Source: a virus. Taken from it: DNA of 64,000 nt. The notes below the pieces were generated by a model, which had not been told where the DNA came from, made no database searches, and worked only from the letters and a program-made list of their open reading frames with translations. The stretch covers positions 1-64,000 of IMG/VR virus record IMGVR_UViG_3300024999_000045. One strand, 5' to 3'. Position 1 is the stretch's first letter, and each line of letters begins with the position of its first letter. The translations under genes and the position numbers were made by a program. Positions 60,859 to 64,000 of the stretch are shown here, piece by piece.

Positions 60859-61422
60859 ATGAGAAAATTTGAAATAGCAAAAGGTTTTGAAGACCAAAAT
60901 ATCAATATTCCTACTAGAGCAACAAAAAACTCAGCAGGTTATGATTTTGAATGTGCAGAAGATATAATTATACCGTCTTATTTTGAGTTGATTAATGATT
61001 ATAATGATATTTTTAATAGTGGAGATATGTTAGAAATGATAACAGCTTCTTCATTACGAGATTATTTAGAAGGATTAGAAGAAAAACGAAAAAGCTTTAA
61101 TATAAAGCCCACTCTTGTAAAAACAGGCATTAAGGTACTTATGGGTAGTGATGAAGGTTTATATTTATATAATAGATCAGGTAACCCTTTGAAAAAAGGA
61201 TTAGTATTGGCAAACGGGGTTGGTATTATAGATTCCGACTATTATAACAACTCCGATAATGATGGACATATAATGTTTCAATTTTATAATTTTTCTCCTG
61301 AAGAGGTTGTTATTAATAAAGGAGAACGTATTGGACAAGGAGTTTTTCAAAAATTCTTATCAGTAGACAATGATAATGCAGACGGCGAGAGAACTAGTGG
61401 TTTTGGAAGTACAGGAATTTAA
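60859..61422 (+). CDS. dut: Trimeric dUTPase
   Basis: SAGYD, NRSG, GIIDSDY, ERIGQG, RTSGFGSTG. Confidence 0.93.
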   Translation: MRKFEIAKGFEDQNINIPTRATKNSAGYDFECAEDIIIPSYFELINDYNDIFNSGDMLEMITASSLRDYLEGLEEKRKSFNIKPTLVKTGIKVLMGSDEGLYLYNRSGNPLKKGLVLANGVGIIDSDYYNNSDNDGHIMFQFYNFSPEEVVINKGERIGQGVFQKFLSVDNDNADGERTSGFGSTGI

Positions 61423-61544
61423 ATAAAACACAAATTTTAAATAAAGTCGGGTGTATGCATAGGGTGTAGACTATAATACGGGTGGCATACAAAAATAATA
61501 GTGTTGGCAGCTATTCATATTAAAAATAGAAATGAGGAATCTAA

Positions 61545-61778
61545 ATGTTCCAAAAAGGTGATAGATTTAAGTTTCCAACTGGAGTTATTCATGAAGTGAT
61601 TACCGTTTCTACAAAGAAAGGTAAAAACTTATATGGATTTATAGACTTTAAACATCTCATACCAGAAGAAGATTTGATGACATATAAACAGATAATTTAT
61701 AATCAAGCAGACATAAAAGCTATTAATAAAGACAGTCAACCCAAGAAAAAACGTAGACGACGAACAATCAAAAAATAA
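61545..61778 (+). CDS. Hypothetical basic protein
   Basis: GAGG RBS; KKRRRR tail. Confidence 0.6.
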   Translation: MFQKGDRFKFPTGVIHEVITVSTKKGKNLYGFIDFKHLIPEEDLMTYKQIIYNQADIKAINKDSQPKKKRRRRTIKK

Positions 61779-61838
61779 AGTAATTCACGTCATTGACAAG
61801 ACAAAATATTTAGTATATAATATAAACATAATAACAAT
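61772..61838 (+). promoter_or_regulatory. Duplicated promoter/operator element, copy 2
   Basis: 29-bp identity with 35119-35147; TTGACA 61793-61798, TATAAT 61816-61821, ataaacataat. Confidence 0.85.
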
Positions 61839-61940
61839 TACATTAAATTCTAAATCCAAGGTGTGAATATGACAGATAAAATAAATATATTTAAAACCAA
61901 CACATTCTACATACAAGAGCAACTTAAATGGAGGAATAAC

Positions 61941-62192
61941 ATGAAAATAGTAAATCAGATGGAAAATTACACAAAATCAGAAATACTTAATAATATTCAA
62001 GGTAAAATGCATCAAAAAGAATTTAACAATTTAATTCTAAATGGCGAGAATAAAAAAGACAATAGTACAGAATTAAAACAAGAGCATTTGATCCTAAATA
62101 ATGTAAGAATGAACATTAAACAAAATTATACTCCTTGTGCTAACTGGCAAGTAGCTAAACAAACAGGATTAAATCTTAATCTAAAGGTGTAA
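61941..62192 (+). CDS. Hypothetical phage protein
   Basis: GGAGG RBS before ATG 61941. Confidence 0.6.
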   Translation: MKIVNQMENYTKSEILNNIQGKMHQKEFNNLILNGENKKDNSTELKQEHLILNNVRMNIKQNYTPCANWQVAKQTGLNLNLKV

Positions 62193-62194
62193 TT

Positions 62195-62419
62195 ATGGAT
62201 AATATGGCAAATAGAGATAAGTTTATTCAAGGTATTAAAACATTAGAAGTAGATAAACTTTTAACATATCCAAAACAAATAAGAATGAATAGCAGAACAT
62301 TTAGTAAAATTACTGGAATAACTAATCATTATACTGACGCAAATGGATTAATAGGTAATTACTGGACAATTAAAGTATATATTGATGATAGTGTTAAAGG
62401 TTATAATTTTGTATTTTAA
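62195..62419 (+). CDS. Hypothetical phage protein
   Basis: AAGGTG RBS. Confidence 0.6.
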   Translation: MDNMANRDKFIQGIKTLEVDKLLTYPKQIRMNSRTFSKITGITNHYTDANGLIGNYWTIKVYIDDSVKGYNFVF

Positions 62420-62624
62420 TATAAACATAATATGAGGTGTTAATATGTTATTTAGCATTTTTAAATCAGACAAAGAAAAAATATTACGAAAAGCAAGCAA
62501 GAATTGGGATTATTGGGATAGAAAAGTTAGAGAATATAATGAATTAGCTGATAATGCAGTACAAAAAAGACATGAATGTGGTGATATAATGGATAACTAT
62601 TATAAAAGTGGCAGGAGGTAAACA

Positions 62625-62939
62625 ATGATAAAGATAAACTATAAAGAAGTAACAGTAGAAAAAATCTTACAAACAATAAATAAATATTGCTTGCATAATT
62701 ATGTAACAGTGGCAGAACAAATACATAAATTATATACAGGAAATGAAAAAGAAATAGAAAGCATAGAGATAGACATACCACATTACAAACATAGAATATA
62801 TATTTATAAAGAACATGAAAATGAAATAGATTTTGGTATCGAAAAAATGAATGAAGAAAACGAAGCCTATGGAATGAGTTTTACTAAAGAAGAAGCAAAG
62901 GAACTAGCAAACAATATATTAAAAATGTGTGGTGAGTAG
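62625..62939 (+). CDS. Hypothetical phage protein
   Basis: AGGAGG RBS. Confidence 0.65.
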   Translation: MIKINYKEVTVEKILQTINKYCLHNYVTVAEQIHKLYTGNEKEIESIEIDIPHYKHRIYIYKEHENEIDFGIEKMNEENEAYGMSFTKEEAKELANNILKMCGE

Positions 62940-62941
62940 AT

Positions 62942-63139
62942 ATGGAAAAGGAAAAAAGTTTGGCACTATTAGATAAATGTATTAATGAATTACGTAATAT
63001 GACACAGGAAAAATTTGATGAAAAAGATTTTAAAGTACAAGAAATGGCGCAAATAAAAGAACGTGTAGAAAACTTAGAAGAAGAATTATATAAATTAAAA
63101 GTTGGCGTTAAAGAGTTTGCGCGTATGCTTGAAAATTAA
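62942..63139 (+). CDS. Hypothetical coiled-coil protein
   Basis: ORF coupled to upstream gene. Confidence 0.6.
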   Translation: MEKEKSLALLDKCINELRNMTQEKFDEKDFKVQEMAQIKERVENLEEELYKLKVGVKEFARMLEN

Positions 63140-63210
63140 AAAATATAACTAAAATATGAATTTTATTTAAAAACAAAAATATAACAACCGATTAAAAGGA
63201 GGAAACAAAA

Positions 63211-63843
63211 ATGGAATTAAGTATAACTAGAGCATTATCAGAATTAAAATTATTAAATGATAGGATTTTAAGAAAAGCATCTGAAGGTGTATATATTGCT
63301 GGGGCTAAAAAAAGTTCTAAAAAAATCAACAATATATATAGTAGAGAGGAATTTAATGAAAAGGTTAAATCAGATTATCAAAGTATAACAGCTTTAATTG
63401 AGAGAAGAAAAAGAATTAAATCAGCAATAGTTAGTTCAAATTCACAAACAAAAATTACTATAAGCAATAAAGAAATGACAGTTGCAGAAGCAATAGAAAG
63501 AAAAGATTCAATAGAATATGACAAATGTTTATTAAGAGAAATGAGCAATCAATTTAATGCAGTTTTATCAAACATTAGTCGTCAAAATGAAATGGTTAAT
63601 GCTAATTTAGAAAATCTATTAAACACTTCTTTTGGTAAAGAAAGAACTGGCAAGGTTGATGAAAGTGAAATTTTAGCAATAAGTAAACCTTATTTAGAAC
63701 AAAACGAGTGGGAAGTTATTGATGTATTAGCATTAAAAACTAAGATTGAAGATTTAAAAACTAGTATTGAAGATTTTGAATCAGAAATCGACTTCACATT
63801 AAGTGAAAGCAACGCAATTACTAAAATTACTATAGAAGACTAG
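63211..63843 (+). CDS. Conserved helical phage protein (SITRALSELK...SESNA family), function unknown
   Basis: AAGGAGG RBS; long helical bundle with conserved-looking termini. Confidence 0.75.
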   Translation: MELSITRALSELKLLNDRILRKASEGVYIAGAKKSSKKINNIYSREEFNEKVKSDYQSITALIERRKRIKSAIVSSNSQTKITISNKEMTVAEAIERKDSIEYDKCLLREMSNQFNAVLSNISRQNEMVNANLENLLNTSFGKERTGKVDESEILAISKPYLEQNEWEVIDVLALKTKIEDLKTSIEDFESEIDFTLSESNAITKITIED

Positions 63844-63865
63844 TATTAAAAATCAAATATAATAT

Positions 63866-64000
63866 TGTGGCTATTCGAAAACTATAAACTTAAATTCCCT
63901 TACACATTTGTGGGATAACAAATGTATACAAGAACAATTAGGACGTTACCTAATTAAAATCAAATGATGATTTTGATATTATAAAAGGATGCCCTCTGTG
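63866..64000 (+). ncRNA. Candidate structured non-coding RNA (truncated by window end)
   Basis: Three consecutive hairpins: 63904-63925, 63936-63955, 63956-63974. Confidence 0.45.

Larger units (their letters stand above)
2112..63170. repeat. Dispersed palindromic intergenic motif, consensus TTAAATAAAA-N6-TTTTATTTAA (~46 copies)
   Basis: Copies read by eye starting at 2112, 2827, 3283, 3713, 4006, 4644, 4911, 5141, 5521, 6851, 6883, 7961, 8795, 9106, 9331, 9574, 18850, 19289, 19609, 20006, 20361, 20537, 20837, 24111, 25258, 25462, 25861, 26233, 28110, 28807, 29494, 30069, 30601, 30660, 31466, 32254, 32464, 33033, 33478, 35089, 36056, 38902, 40575, 41609, 61419, 63145; e.g. 24111 ctaaataaaa-gaagag-ttttatttaa. 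Confidence 0.9.
1..64000 (+). other. Segment of a large SPbeta-like temperate phage/prophage of a low-GC Firmicute (early, repression and replication modules)
   Basis: Co-oriented dense small ORFs, SPbeta-like yopPQR-type trio, DnaB/primase/DnaE/RecD2/RNR/dUTPase replication block, HNH genes, inteins, Firmicute RBS (AAGGAG/GGAGG) and sigma-A promoters; host-like sporulation genes point to a spore former. Confidence 0.9.

Noticed and set aside
964-62781. All minus-strand ORFs in the track (e.g. 964-1152, 4051-4302, 18720-19052, 33698-34123, 52890-53363)
   Set aside because: They lie antisense to well-supported + strand genes, lack RBSs and have the Phe/Leu/Ile/Ser-rich composition of shadow ORFs in AT-rich DNA.
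2112-63170. Palindrome array as a CRISPR array
   Set aside because: Copies are degenerate, irregularly spaced (tens of bp to kb) and separated by whole genes; no cas operon. The nuclease at 49006 is a replication-module PD-(D/E)XK protein.
1-64000. tRNA, rRNA or riboswitch genes
   Set aside because: No cloverleaf/T-loop (GTTCGA) context or recognisable riboswitch consensus found by eye; a tRNAscan/Infernal run would be needed to exclude them fully.

Overview
AT-rich 64 kb segment of a large temperate phage/prophage of a spore-forming Firmicute (most likely Clostridia) with SPbeta-like architecture. All credible genes are on the + strand; no virion or lysis genes, tRNAs or CRISPR arrays were seen. 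Layout: (i) 0-9.7 kb small early/accessory ORFs with strong sigma-A promoters, an orphan TnpB and HNH genes; (ii) 9.8-13.2 kb tyrosine-recombinase-like / DGQHR(DndB-like) / dead-recombinase trio resembling the SPbeta yopP-yopQ-yopR (sroD-sroE-sroF/mrpR) repression module, followed by an orphan LytTR response regulator; (iii) 15-27 kb host-like genes (frameshifted 3D-domain hydrolase, Gmk, ClpX, YyaC, RNase H, RNA ligase, YtxC) and an unexplained operon of three proteins sharing an N-terminal VFETNSSSTHSI motif plus a radical SAM enzyme; (iv) 27-42 kb accessory ORFs, two orphan DNA methyltransferases and an AbrB/SpoVT-like regulator; (v) 43-61.4 kb replication/nucleotide module (SSB-like, ATPase, DnaB, primase, PD-(D/E)XK nuclease, DnaE with intein, RecD2 with intein, class II RNR, dUTPase). 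The most striking unexplained structure is about 46 copies of a palindrome (TTAAATAAAA-N6-TTTTATTTAA) with a fixed 6-bp spacer at accessory gene boundaries, shaped like tyrosine-recombinase sites. All annotations come from motifs recognised by eye; no database searches were run.
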